Source: Saccostrea echinata (lineage: Eukaryota). From it: DNA of 64,000 nt. The position numbers and the translations under genes are program-made. The notes beneath the pieces were generated by a model. It saw nothing but the letters and a program-made list of their open reading frames with translations. It did no database searches and was not told the origin of the DNA. Shown here piece after piece: positions 24,183-37,900 of the stretch (position 1 is its first letter; every line of letters starts with the position of its first letter). The stretch is from the NCBI RefSeq assembly GCF_033153115.1, contig NW_026889759.1:3100001-3164000 (forward strand), given 5' to 3'.

Positions 24183-26335
24183 TTATTTTTTACTGAAATA
24201 ATCAGCCACCTGTGCTATTGTTAAATTTGTTATAGATTCATTATCAGAATAAATGTCTATCACTTCCAGCCCATCTTCTCTTTCAATAGCCTGTAAAATC
24301 AATCAATGCACACATTTAAAACTACAAGTTTTTTTTGCAGGTTAGAGGATATGAAATGACAATAGAAGTACATAACAACTTTGGTCCCAGCTATCAAAGA
24401 GCTAATTAATAATTAAGAAAATGAAATCTGCAATAATCCTGTGGAAATGTTTACCTTGTTGCCAATGACAACGGCATAAGGAAACCCTTGACACCTGGCA
24501 TCCACAATTCTTCTCCCGATTGTTATTGACAACCGATCATCAATAATTACCTCCCCTGCTGTTGATGGTATGTACTGTAGCTGTTCATATAGCAGTTCTG
24601 TTAACTTTCTGAATTCATCATCTGATGCTCCCTTCTGAAATTCAGCATCAATAAAAATCACATGGCGTAAAAATATATTATTATAGATTAAATTCTAGAT
24701 TAAGGTGTAATGACCCTCTGCTCAAAATTTCATTAAATTTTTTTTTTTAAAACTTCCCAACATTGGTTTTCATCTTTAATTATAGCAATAGATTCAAATG
24801 GAAAACATTGCCCACGTGGTGCAGTGGTTAGAGCGTCTGCTCTAGAGGCGCGAAGTAAGGAGTTGATCCTTACGTCGCGGGTTCAAATCCCACTGTGGGT
24901 CATGGAGACCGGTCCTTCGGATGAGACCATATAAACCGAGTTCCCATGTCGCAGTAGGTGCTGGCACGAAAAAGATCCCTCACTGCTCAATGGCTGTAAG
25001 TGCCGAGTATAGGATAAAATTTGCAGCTCTCCGGAGGCAACTGGTGGCATCTCTGTATGAGTGAAAAATTCTCGAGAGGGACATTAAACAACATACAAAC
25101 AAACATCAAATGGAAAACAGTATGAGGTATGAAGTGGTGTTTATTTTTTCAAAAAAATTTATGTATGACCATGATATGAAGAAAGTTTGAAGCAGAGAAT
25201 TGGAAGAGCAACAAATTATAATCATTTACATAAAATTTTAAAATTTGAGGTTTATATGAAAATCGTACTTAGTGTCATACATATTAAATTCATATTAGAA
25301 AACATAATAAAACAGAATATCAGATTTTAATCTGTGCTTGAAAAAAAAAATGCATCCTTCAACGAGTTATCTTTCTTTAAAATATTTTTAACAAGGAAAA
25401 AAATTGTATTAATAATGAAAATTCTTTAAATGGTACATGATGCATTACTGCAGTTTTAAACTGGAAAAAAGGATAGAACTATATAATTTGTAAGTGTTAA
25501 AAATCTGGATGCAAATGTTTTAGGTCAATTAGAATCAAAAACTATGAAAAATATAGGCAGAAGAAAATAGAACTCAATGTTTCCTCCTACATGTATGCTG
25601 GTTTTAATTGAATTGACTATTTGAAGGTCTCCACTACTTAACTCTGTTATGACAAGCTATGGGTAATTTCATGATTATTTACTTGGGGAGTTATCTCTCT
25701 TATCAGAGGGTAACCCCCTTAAATCAAATGCCTATTAAGATAGCATGCTTTCAGTTTTGCATAAAAATCACACTGCTGTAAAAATTAAATATGCATACAT
25801 TTCTATAATTGTCTGAATCACTGTATTGAATTCAAGTTAACAGAACCCCCCTGCAATCTCAAACTAACAAATTACACAAAAAAACATCCACTCTGAATGA
25901 CTCAAAATTTTCATTTTGAACTTTTTTAAAACATAAAATGCCACAACATTTAATGTTTGATATCAATTGAACTGTAAATGTGAATTTGTGCAAACTACAG
26001 GTGTTTGGTTTCAATTAAATCTGTATTCTAAATATCTTACCTAGAATTCATTAAAAAATATCCTATCATACACAAACCCTTTTCTTTTTATCATTAAATG
26101 ATTGTTATGTGAACAAGAAGTTTGTGAAAGAATTATCTCTTTCTGTAGTCAGTGTTTACCGTAGAAGGGATGAATGGCTCATGCTGCAGGCATAGCCCCA
26201 TTAGCCAGCATAACCCATTTCCACCTCCTACGACAGGGACATGGGGCTTAGACTTTAGGAGGTGAATGAATTATCAATAAAGCTATAAATATTAAACACT
26301 GCAAATGCCTCCACTCCCTCCTCAGCAATTCTTCT

Positions 26336-26366
<31 letters not shown>

Positions 26367-29300
26367 AGACAAACCTTTTGTGGTATAATCACTATCTGAT
26401 ATGGTGCAATCAATCTGGGCCATTTGATGTGTTTCCCATCACTCTGTACTTCTACGGAGGCCTGTAAAAGCCTAGACACACCCATACCATAGCATCCCAT
26501 CTCAAGCACCCTGAAAATAGTCCAGTATTTAATCCGTAGTCTATACACAGTAAAAATATCAATCTGGACACTACTTGCATGATTTGTACTTATGGTGCTA
26601 CAAGTTTAATTGACAAATTGTTAAAAAGAATTATTTAGAATGAATAAAGTCTTTTCTCACTTCATTTTCTGATCTTCTGCTCTATACATGGCCCCCAAAG
26701 GTTTTGAGTATTTTTGTCCCAAGAGGAATGCATGGCCTACCTAGATATGTTAATATATAACTTAAATTGCAAACAACTTACACCTAAAAAAATAATATGT
26801 TAACTGCAACAAATGATAAGTAATTGCAAAAATAAGGAAAAAGTCAGCTCTATTTATCCATACTACTGAGAGATACATTTTTTTAATGATGTGATAATTT
26901 TCAGTAGTACAACATCTAATATGATTTGAAGATCTGTCTTGAGCTATGGTAACTCTTAGTCAAAGTCAAGTGTAGTATTATTGTCCTAGAAATCAAACAA
27001 GTTCCAATACTGATCAAGCAAATGCCTGCATGTATTCTAGATCTGCTGTTTGAAGTTGCATATAATTATGAGAAGGTTTGAGAGATTTGTTTTTTACCTC
27101 TATGGCATTAAATGATTCCAGTCTATTGGATTTACAAGATGAACATTCGTCTTCTTTTTCTTGTTAAAAGAAAGAAGGAAAAAAGCTTGACATAGTAAAA
27201 CATGCTTATAGTGAACATTCAAATATACATGTAATGAATTTACACTTACAGTGAAATGATTTTTGTTCCTTGTGGTTTTAAAAATTTTGTGTAATATTGT
27301 GAATTTAACAGATATAACAAATTATGTTTACAATGAAGCAAAATTGTCTGTCCCTGGCCTTTGCTATAAGCGTGTTTACTGTACAAGTATCAACCTATTC
27401 ATAATATATGACACAAAAACTGAAATTTAAGGTTCATCAACACTCTGATAAGAGAGATAACTCTTACTGGTATGATTGATTGACTATTTCATGTATTCCT
27501 TTACAGAATTGTCAAAATGCAATTTCAATCTGACCAATTTTGCACTGTAAGGTATGCTGAAATAATGTGCAATTTAATTATCAATCAAATTCTTTTGGAA
27601 AATTGTGAGCATTTAAAACAAAATTTTAAAAGAGTGAATAGAAGGCTCATGAACCTTAAGAATAAGCACAGGTATTTGGTAATACAGTTGAACTTCGATA
27701 TCTAGAACATGGATATCTTGAATACCATGGATATGTCGAAGTATTTGGGAAGTCCTAACCATGTATTTCTCAAGTATTTTCCCCTCGATATCTCGAACCC
27801 TCAGATATCTCGAAGTTTTTTCTTGGTCCCATCGAGTTTGAGATAATGAGGTTTGAATGTATAAGGGGTTTCAAATGATTATCAACTTATTCACTGATGG
27901 AAAAATGGAATTACATTATACATTTAATAGCATGTCAATGGCATGCATCCAAATTTGGACATGACACTATCATGTTTACAAATAAATAAAAGCAGTTACA
28001 TGATATTCTAAACATACAGTGATAACTGAACATAAACATACCTAGAACTTCTTTATTACCACTGTACCCACAACTGAAAGAAAGCAAAGGCAAGAATTTA
28101 AAGCTGCCATTAGTATACATCATGTATGAACAAACTTTTCACAGCTAAACTTTAGAATAGTATCTCAAACTCTCCAGTATGGAGGTAAAAAAAATACCCC
28201 TGAAATATCCATCACTTTGAAATAACAAGTTAAAACTCAAACTGTAGTTGGCCAAATACCTCAGTCTGACTTGGTCCTGGTTTATGATATATTTGCATTT
28301 AATAACTCAAACTGCATTGCATTTTTTAATGTCTGATATAAGGTAAAAAGAATATGACAATAAATATTTTATCTCGACTTACTGTTTTGAGTTTTTTTCA
28401 GTCTAAGGGGGAGAACTTCAAAACAGTTTCTGATATAGAAATCTATCAATTGAAATAAATGTATTGGAAATAAAGCATATTATTGCAAGGTTTTTTTAAA
28501 CTTCAGAACTACCTGCCTGGTACAAGTGTATACTAGATCCTCCCCTACACCTGGACATTTCAGGTGAAACTCATGTGATTGAGACCCCCCAATCAAGCCA
28601 GTGGCTGCCTCAGCTGTAACAAAGGGGAAACACTAACAATGTTTATCTATAAACACTAACAATGTTAGCCTAAAAAACACTAACAATGTTCACCTAAAAA
28701 AATGTCAAAACTGAAGAAAATATAGCCACAAGGTTGTATTTGCTGTGAGTCACCATAAAAAAAATAATTAAGCATTCTGTCAATGTTTTGGAATTATGTG
28801 GGTTTTTTTTATTAAATAAATTGGTGTATTTTTGTTTTGAAACTTTCCATACTACAATTCAAATATTTTATAACATTGAATATGCCAAAATGTATTCTAA
28901 TAAGACAAACATTTGCATAAATCTCAAGCTCCAGTGACATCCCCAAATAGAAATAAATTATTTCCTCTAAAGTCTTTAGAGACCACATTGCCATGGATAC
29001 TGTAATTTACGGACTATATGACGATGCTTTCAATAAGTCGAAAGGCTATTTTTTTTTAACTTTTGGGGCCTTTTTTGTAAACTTGAGCCTTAGAAAGGTC
29101 AATTCTTTGAACAGGGCAACGCCAACAATTCTGAGGAAAAAAGTATTGACCTATCATCCGTAAATTACGGTAATCTAAAATTGGACAGATTCAAACTGAG
29201 CAAGAGAGTGTATTGATGAAAGTGAATGAAAGATACAAGACTTCTCACTCTGCAAATACCTTTAACAAACTCCAACTGAAGTCTCTGTAGAATTTTCTCA

Positions 29301-31742
29301 TAAGCCTGAATCACCTCCTCATAGGTACTTTTTGCATCCTCCTCTGAGGTATGAAAAGTATACAGATCTACAAATAAACAAAAGAAAAAAAAGGTAAAAA
29401 ATGATAGGCCTAATAAAGTAATTTTTTTAAGTGAAACTTTTGTCTTCTCCCCCCCCCCCCCCCCCCCCCCAGCACACACAAACATATACACACATAATTG
29501 GCTGTCAATTTACAAGAAAAAGGATACCTTTCATTTCAAATTCCCTACTTCTTAAAAAACCATGGTGAGGTGCTGGTTCATCTCTAAATTTCTTTGTTAT
29601 CTATAATAGATTAGGAATAATTTCAATTATATTTTGTGTCAAAGTTCTCATTATTGTTAGCAGAAAGTAGACTTTGCAAGAATGAAATTTTCTAATCAGA
29701 CTTTTTCTTCTGGCCAGAAAAAAAGAAAAGTTAGCATTTATTTTGACAGTAAGAAAAGTATTCAAAATACCCCTTTTAATAAAAATAATTAAATAAATAA
29801 TAAGTTTCAAGAGTATGTGATGATTTGACATCAAATAGGACAGTTACTGTATACTTGAAAATTCTAATCCAATTCTTATTTAAACCCCATCAACCAAAGA
29901 TGAAAGTAAATATGGACTACATGTATTTAAAAAAAAAAACCCTTTTCTACTACATGTACCGGCAGTACCTAAACAATTTTTGTTCAAGTCAAACTGTTAC
30001 GGAATCTATTTAATGCATTATGCTGTTATCCTTACTTGATATAGCTTGGTAGGGAACCTGTGCTGGAAATTCAGCTGACTGGCTAACAGCTCTGTAACAA
30101 TTTCTTCATGTGTCTTCATAAAAAAAAATGTTTAAAATCACACAAAAATCTGATTTTTTTTTTTTTTTTTAACAAAATCAAAGTTTTCTCAAACACATGC
30201 TTTACAATCATTTATTCAAATTCAATGAAATATATAAAGTTACCAGAGTTATCTCTCATTGCTTCACAATAAAAAGACAAAACACTATTATGTTTTTAGA
30301 TTCATTAAGAACTATCAATTATTGGGCTTTGATGATACACCTTCTACCATGTCTTATAATATTTTGATACGATATATCACAATATTCATGCCATAATATG
30401 ATATACATCATATTTTTAACTGGTTATAAATTTCTAATTTGTATTGAAATAAACATTCATACTAAAAGCTGTATATCTAGATCTGTTGTAAAACAAGTTA
30501 TTTAACAAAAGTATTGTTAATCAATACATATTTCATGTTTACATCTAAATTTAAAATATTTAATTTACATTTTAAACCCAAAATGTTTAGTATTAAACAA
30601 AATAATAATCCTTCCTACCAACCTAATTTTTTATTTACATATAATACAAAGTAGTAAACTAACATATATTTTTCTTGGGCCTAATACTAATCATTTATGA
30701 GGATTAAAATAAATAAAGCCCAGCTGTCATATCTGACATTCTCTCTTACAGGACCAAGGCAATATCCTTTTTTATGTCTGTCCTCTAATCTGAATAACTC
30801 TGCTCCCATTGCATCCCACCTCCCTATAGAAAAAAAATATATATATATAACAGCAATTTAACATAATACAAAAATTAAATAGCTATCTTAACTAAATACA
30901 GTGCAGGAACAAAATTTACATTTGATAATTTAGATAAAAATGACAAAGACTGAAAATTTAAAAGTAACTTTTTTTTAACAGTAAAACACATTTGAGCAAT
31001 AAGCAATATATAAACAATTTATATCTCTTGAGAAGCAGTAGCACATTCAGAACATTTAATTTTAATTAGATTATAAAAATTATCAAAATCAGTATACACA
31101 CCAGTGGTTTTCCAGAGGCGTTTTGGTACCAATGATGGCATCTGAATTTTCTCCGCTCCTATAGCTTCCATTTCTTGGTCTATAATCTTGATTAACTTTT
31201 GTAGAGCTCTCAGACCTTGAGGCATAAGAGTGAATACACCTAGCGAGCTAGGATAGTAGATTCCATTGGCCAAAAAGAGCTGAAATGTGAAGAATCTGAT
31301 TAAAATTAGTTCTTAAATTTTTGTCCCTTACACTCATTTATGAAGTAGCAAATCAGCAGTGAAGGAAGCAAATGAAAATTTTTTATTAGTCTGTAAAATA
31401 ATTTTTCTGTTGATTATGACTATCAATGCGCTACTTTGAAAGAAAATAGTGGATTTCACATTTAACACAGATAAAGAATTTCTAATACTGTATGCATATC
31501 TAAAAGAAAATAATAACGAATTATTCAACAATGCACAAATATTAGTACTGTAAACAAACGCTTACTCTGTGACTAATTGAAGTTATCTCCCCTTGCTTTG
31601 GGAGATCAGTAAATTTCTGGAACATCTTTGACAAATATTTTGGCTTGTTGTGTAGAAAACTTCTAACCAGTATTCTCCTCCTAACAGACAACAGCTTATT
31701 TAGGGTCCTCCATTGATCTATATTTGCTGTAAGTAGCTTCAT
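24183..31742 (-). CDS. PARS2: Mitochondrial prolyl-tRNA synthetase (13 coding exons, 460 aa)
   Basis: Exons 31742-31566, 31279-31102, 30823-30750, 30113-30036, 29600-29528, 29367-29260, 28613-28517, 28073-28042, 27159-27098, 26740-26661, 26510-26375, 24634-24455, 24290-24183 (1383 nt). Motifs: [96 protein letters not shown], and the anticodon-binding domain [14 protein letters not shown]. The N-terminus is basic and presequence-like. Confidence 0.95.
24808..25105 (+). mobile_element. Full-length tRNA-derived SINE with 14-bp TSD in a PARS2 intron
   Basis: A box GTGGTGCAGTGGTTAGAGCG and B box GGGTTCAAATCCC. The central CGGATGAGAC..TAAACCGAG..GGCACG.AAAAGATCCC resembles the Meta/MESC SINE core. 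(CAAA)n tail. TSD TCAAATGGAAAACA at 24794-24807 and 25106-25119. Confidence 0.9.
27190..27383. mobile_element. Tigger/pogo-like MITE
   Basis: TIRs AGTAAAACATGCTTATAG ... CTATAAGCGTGTTTACTGTA. Confidence 0.55.
27683..27862. mobile_element. Tc1/mariner(pogo)-type MITE
   Basis: TA-CAGTTGAACTTCGATATCT ... GAGATAATGAGGTTTGAATG-TA, with internal GATATCTCGAA repeats. Confidence 0.6.
28628..28697. repeat. Short tandem repeat, 3 copies of ~22 bp (AAACACTAACAATGTT core)
   Basis: Three direct copies next to the PARS2 acceptor at 28614. Confidence 0.8.
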
Positions 31743-33306
31743 CTGAAAGAAAATTGGTGAAATTTTTATTTTCATCTTCTTGTAGCATATCTTTTCAGTT
31801 TCATTGCTGTTGAACTTTGTTTTTCTGACACAGATACTGTGAAATCTCTAATGTTTGTGGAGGTTTAAATTTAATATTTGTTGTTTTCAAGGTATGAAGA
31901 GACCCATGAATTCATGTCTACCATGAACTGTAAAATTTCATAAACGTATATATATATTACTCATCAGTTCTTCATCCAAGAAATCATATCCCCATGAATC
32001 CATATTTTTTCCTCAGAACACAAAAATTTTACCCCATGAATATATGTGATTTTACAGGATATCAAATACAAGAGATATGCTGAACTGAGAAATTGCTCTT
32101 TGGATACCAAGTCATGTTTCAAGTTGTTCCTTTCAGTACCTCAAATTCAAGTTAATGGTTGAAAACTCCAATCAATTAGGCCACAGAGCCTGTTTTCACA
32201 TAGAGTCTGACACTATCTAAGTGTGATAACAGGCCAGGCATTAAATAGATTCTCCAATTTACTAATGAATGTGAATTAATTACTATGGTAAAACTTGCTT
32301 ACAGCAAAGAATTTTGTTTTTATAAACATAAATTAATATTATATCCATCAAGTTCACAATATGAGTGATTTAAGCTGTCGATGTACAGGTTTCTTGTACT
32401 TTACAATGTTCAGTGTAACACGGTACTGTCCAGGGTTCAGTTCCCGTATAATATCCAATCACTGAGTTCAAGAAGGGTAAGAGATTTTCAGTGTTTTAAT
32501 AATTACATTCTGGTAAAAAGCAAAAATAAAACAAGTAATTTGAAAAACAATTATTAAGATATAATTGAAGGAGAGTGTGATTTTCAGTAATACCCTTAAT
32601 TTTAACTCCTGCCCCTAAAATATATCTGGGAACAAACTTTATCTAGCCTGAACTGTGGAGAAGTATATATGTCGATATTATTTGTCAACGGTGAAACCCG
32701 GACAGGTACGAAGCCTGGATGCACATAACCCGTATGGTTTCTGCGCAAAGGGTGATAACTCTAAATAATAAAACATACAATACATGGAAAATACCACTAG
32801 CTAAAAATAGACAAAATACAAAAACCATCACATCAATATTAAAAGTACACATGCAGCTAATGTATGAAACAAAACCTGAGGCCTGTTCAAATGAGCGAAA
32901 GTTCACAAGTGCTTGCAAACATTTCTGTAAGAGGGATAAGGAATTTTAATGAGCGTTAGAGAACATACACAATGTTGAACAGGCCTAAGACTGAGCGCTG
33001 AAAAACATTAGATAATAATAAGCAAAGTGTCCTGTGGGTGATCAAACAGGAGGTAAATTTAACACCTTGTCTGATATCAAGATACATTTTTAATTTACCA
33101 ATTGAGATAGGCACATATACTATGAAAAGGACTGGGCTGAATATTATCATTTTGATCTTAGAATGATGCGTCTTTCACAAATATCTTAAAAAGTACAGTT
33201 CTAGTCTGGGGAAATAAAACGTAAATTCGAATTTTCTCTGCAGAGAATCTAATATGTCGTTTATACATTCAGAACAAACATAAGATGAAAGATAATACCA
33301 GTTTAC

Positions 33307-33750
33307 CGTTTAATACTGAGCATTTCATTTGACGATGAAAGGAAATAGGAAATTGGAGAAACTGAGAAACCCTATTATCAGTATCAACACTGTGTTTACA
33401 ACTTGGGAGATACTATTATTTGAAAATAATTTCCGGAATTTAAAAAGAAATGAAAATGTTTATTGATTGCTGTTTATCTCTCATAAACAGAGTTAGATTC
33501 ATATAATTAACTGCCAATAAATTATTTAGAATTAAGACAATTTTTAATAGTCATCAAAAACTTTGAATTTTTAAACACTTTACGGAAAGAACACAATGAA
33601 GTTTTTGCATTTATCGTGTCTTCGTGATTTCTCGTTTTGAGAATCTGAACTGAAGTTGACGGAGAACAGAGAGTCAGAGTGAAAAACATATTTATGTATC
33701 TGTTGAAAAGGAAAGTAGATCCTTCAAGTGTTACTTTGGGAGATTTCAAG
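33307..33750. promoter_or_regulatory. Probable bidirectional promoter and non-coding first exons of PARS2 (-) and CYB5RL (+)
   Basis: The PARS2 ATG follows a splice acceptor directly, so an upstream exon is required. Candidate minus-strand donor ACG|GTAAAC at 33307, palindromic ETS-like TTCCGGAA at 33431-33438, and candidate plus-strand donor AA|GTAATT at 33750. Confidence 0.5.
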
Positions 33751-33792
33751 TAATTAAGAAACTGACGGTCTTTGATAGGTTGCTTTGCAGAG

Positions 33793-34378
33793 CGGTCCTA
33801 CTAAACAGAGAACTCTAGAGAACCCTAGAGAACTCAAGGTTTATTTGGTCAATTCAAATAAATTTTATGCATAATTGAGTTTATTTTTACTTTATAAATC
33901 ATATTCTATCTATAAAATCAATAACATGAATTTTTTATGGATGTTTTCCCTCGAAAGAACAACATAGAGTAGTGTAATATTTTATGTCATCCCGATCCCG
34001 ACTGAATTTCAAATACGTTGTTAATTGAAATAATAATTTTACCACATAATTTTACAATTCTTTTTCACATTATTTTTTATTTAATTTTATTTTTAAAGTT
34101 ATATAGAACTCTTAGTCATTAACTCTGGCATAAAGTTATTTGAAAAAATAATTAAAAATAACACAAAGTATGATGAAGTCTTCATACATTAGTATTCCAT
34201 TGAAAATAAGCATAACACCTGGCATAATATTCTTTTTTTAAATTTAATTTTGTTTTTGTATGCTATATTGATTATTTAAAACATAAATATTTCATTTACA
34301 AACAATAAATAATTAAAAATCGTTAGGGTTCTCTAGGGTTCTTTAGAGTTCTCTAGGGTTCTCTGTTTAGTAGTACCC
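33793..34378. mobile_element. 586-bp MITE with 9-bp TSD (Mutator-like)
   Basis: TIRs GGT.CTACTAAACAGAGAAC followed by 11-bp CTAGAGAAC(C/T) subrepeats. TSD TTTGCAGAG at 33784-33792 and 34379-34387. Confidence 0.85.
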
Positions 34379-34987
34379 TTTGCAGAGATAATGTAGTATG
34401 ACTGCACCTTGTCCACTTCTCTAAAGAGAATACCTGGCAACCTGTCTTGTTGCATTCTGTTGAATATTCCTCTAGCTGATCTGACAGTTCATGTTGATTT
34501 AACATTTCCCCTTTTTTTTTAATTTAGATTTATTTTAGAGTTTTTTATGTAATTTAAAGTTATATGACAATGGATAGTTCTGTGAATTCATCTTGTAAAA
34601 GGAAACGTGATGAAGAAGATGAGACGAACAATATCAACAGAACTGAAAGTGAAGAGCAAGGAAAACTCAAACAGACTCAGTCAAACAAATGTACTGTGAG
34701 GGAGGGTCATTCCTGGTGGACCTGCTTAATGATGGACATGCCAATGAGCATGACAAAGCCCCAGAAAGTCGATCAGAATTCACCACAGAAATAACTCAAA
34801 GTCTGGAACAATTGCTGTTACTTATTTGAATTTATGTTATTATTTTTACTTTAACTGAAGATATGTATATACATGAACTGCTGTGATTTTCCCTCACAAA
34901 ATGTACTGTTTTTTATTTTGTTAGTACATTAGCATTACTTCCCAGCATGGAAAACACAAGGCTTTTAAACGTATCAGTGTCTCTATT

Positions 34988-37900
34988 ATGAATGTAGTAC
35001 ATATTAAAACCAGTGATAAAAATATTGAGCAAGTTGATGATTGCAATTCAATGAATTGTGACAACAGTCCCAGTAAAGAACCTGGAGTCTCGCTGCCTTG
35101 TCCCCCTCTAAAACCTGAGGATACAGACTGTTGTGGGTCAGGATGTGTACCTTGTGTGTTTGATATCTATGAACAGGATTTAAAAATATGGAGAAAAGAA
35201 TGCAGAAAAATAAAAGAAAACCAGAGAAATGAAGAAAATCTGGTAATTTAATATATGTAAATTCTACAATGTTGATAAAGAAGACAGTAAACCTGTGTAG
35301 CAATTGGCAAACATTTTAACAAAAAAATATTTATTTAAACCCTAAGATAAAGAGAGTTTTGTTCAGTAATGGAAATAATCAGTGTTAGGTTGATGTGTTT
35401 TTTTTTTAAATTTCAGTCTGATGATCATTTGCTGACTGATTCTGAGTATAGGAAGTTTTGTATCACAGAAATCAGACAAGAAACAAAAAATTGTTTTCGC
35501 TTTCGACTGAAATTGCCAGAATTTTCATCCTTGGGCCTCAAAGTTGGACAGCATATCATAATTAGGTAATAATAATTTTCACTTTCATCTTCGAAAAAAA
35601 AAAATATTTGGTTGATAATAGATACATATATACATGTATCTGAGTATAAGTTCATTACATGAAGGAAACAAAAACTAATTTTGTTTCATATTGAATAATA
35701 TTGATTTAATAGTGATTTGTTCATTGTTAAAAAACAATATATATAACAATACTTGTTATCATTTATTTGGACACTGATGTTTATATTCTAGGGATACAAA
35801 CAATGGTTCAGCAGTTAGTCGACAGTATACCCCTATATCTGATGTCAGTTGTTTGGGACATTTTGATCTCCTCATCAAGGTAACATTTTACAGTGCTAGT
35901 TTTACAAGATACATAGTTACCTCCCTTTCAAAAATTTTAAAATAAGGATTTGGTTTATTCTTTTACATGTATTTATTTATGTGATTGAATTTAAGACAAT
36001 GATCAGAGTGTGCGAAAAATGACTATCTCAAGAAAATTTTTATTATTGGTAAATAATTCATGCTGCATTTCATTAGCATTTTATGTAAACAAAGATTTTT
36101 TTAATATTATCAAAATACTTTGAATGACTTAATGGGACACAAACTGCACTGGCATATTTAGGGTGGGGGCTCAATATGTAGTGATGAATAAATTCTATTT
36201 TCTTGTTAGATATTGCTTTTATTTACATAAAACATAGCTAAAATAACTCAAAAATGTTTTTAAAAGACTTAAAACCTTGTAGCTTCTTGGGGCCTCAATA
36301 GACCCTCATCAAAGCTTTACCCTGGACCCACTGGGGGCCCTAAGGTGACCCTAGGCCTGCTCCTACCCTCTCCCCTTTCCCCCCATCCTTTCAAGAATCC
36401 TGGATTCACCACCAAAATAGGTGAAATAAAATAAATAAAAAACTTTTAATTTGTCTTGCATGAAATCATTTTAGATTCTATTCATTACAAAATTCATTTT
36501 TGATCTTTTCATGTTCACCTGTCATTTGGATCCTATAGAGTTGTTAATGTCCTTTTATCAGAATTTTAAATTTTATCATTATTAGGATTACCTTAATTTT
36601 GCCTAAGAGAGAAGCAAACACTTTGTGTGCCAAGGATTTTCTTTTTAAAAATATGTGTATATATACACAGCTATGGATGGTATTTAGTAAAACACATGTA
36701 TTATCAATTCAGAAATTGCAATTCTTCTGTTATTTCCTGTGTCATTATTTTATATAGAACTATAATTGATGGGTTCTGGAGATTACTGGTATCCTTTCCT
36801 AGGGACCGAAATATATAGCCTTGAGCATTGTGACGTCATATACATGTATATCATTGTTTACACTATGGTGTCATAGTTTCAACTGAAGAAACGTGCCTAA
36901 ATTTGTTGGAAATAGCTTGTTTTAGAGGTCATGTGTAAAAATATGTTGCAGAATAAAAAAATACATGATAACTGTCTTGCAATATAAGCAATATTTGTGC
37001 TCAGGTCGAAAACATGAAAGAGAGCTCAGCAAGTGCTGCCCTCTATCATGTTTTCTCACCCTCGCCCAAATATCACTTATATTTCAAGACAGTTATCATG
37101 TATTTTATATTTCTCAGTCAATGCATAAAAAAGGAACATTTAGTTGATTGTTGTTTTTGAGCTTGACTGAAGTAAAAAAAAAAAAAAAACTATCCTTCAG
37201 ATGCTGTAAGTTAATGGAAAAAATACTTCTAGTCTTTACTTGTTATTTATTCAAACTCAGATTTATGACCATGGGAAAATGAGTCACTGTGTCAGACAGT
37301 GGAGTGTTGGTATGGGTATTGAAGTCAGAGGGCCATTTGGAAATCTTCAGTATTCTCCTAACAAGGTAATAATTTTTAAGATATTTTTGGGTGTTTGCTG
37401 ACAAGGAGATAATGTAAGCCTGAGGTTTTGGTAATAGAAAGTGCAGTATGCACCAATTAAACTCTGCAAAATTTATTGTATTTTCATGTGCTAATGTTTG
37501 AATCTGTTTACATTGATATACAGTCTTACTCCATGTTTGTTTAAACTGTTCATTGTAAGATAAGTACCCACTGAAAGTCCAGGTTATCTGGGGATTTGTA
37601 ATAATTCTGCTGCTACATGAAAGACATGTTCCTTAAGGTTAATATCATCACTTTGTTTACTTGATAAAATTTTGCTTTAACACTTATGATTTGTTCAAAA
37701 GAAATTCTAATTTATAATTAAAATGGACATAATTTCAGCATACCTTGCAGGACAAAATCTGAAGAAATGCCTAACTTGATATTTTTATAAACGAATAATA
37801 GGCATTTAGCTGTGAGAGTTATCTCTCTTATCAGAGGGTCAATGAACCTTAAAGTTTATATATATAATATGAAACTAGGAGAATCAGTCTTTATTCTAAG

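Noticed and set aside
24808-24900. tRNA gene
   Set aside because: A and B boxes are present, but the sequence continues into a SINE core and tail and is bounded by a TSD.
29550-29562. Suspected homopolymer frameshift in PARS2 motif 2 exon
   Set aside because: Six T on the coding strand keep the frame (HGFLRSREF), so there is no frameshift.
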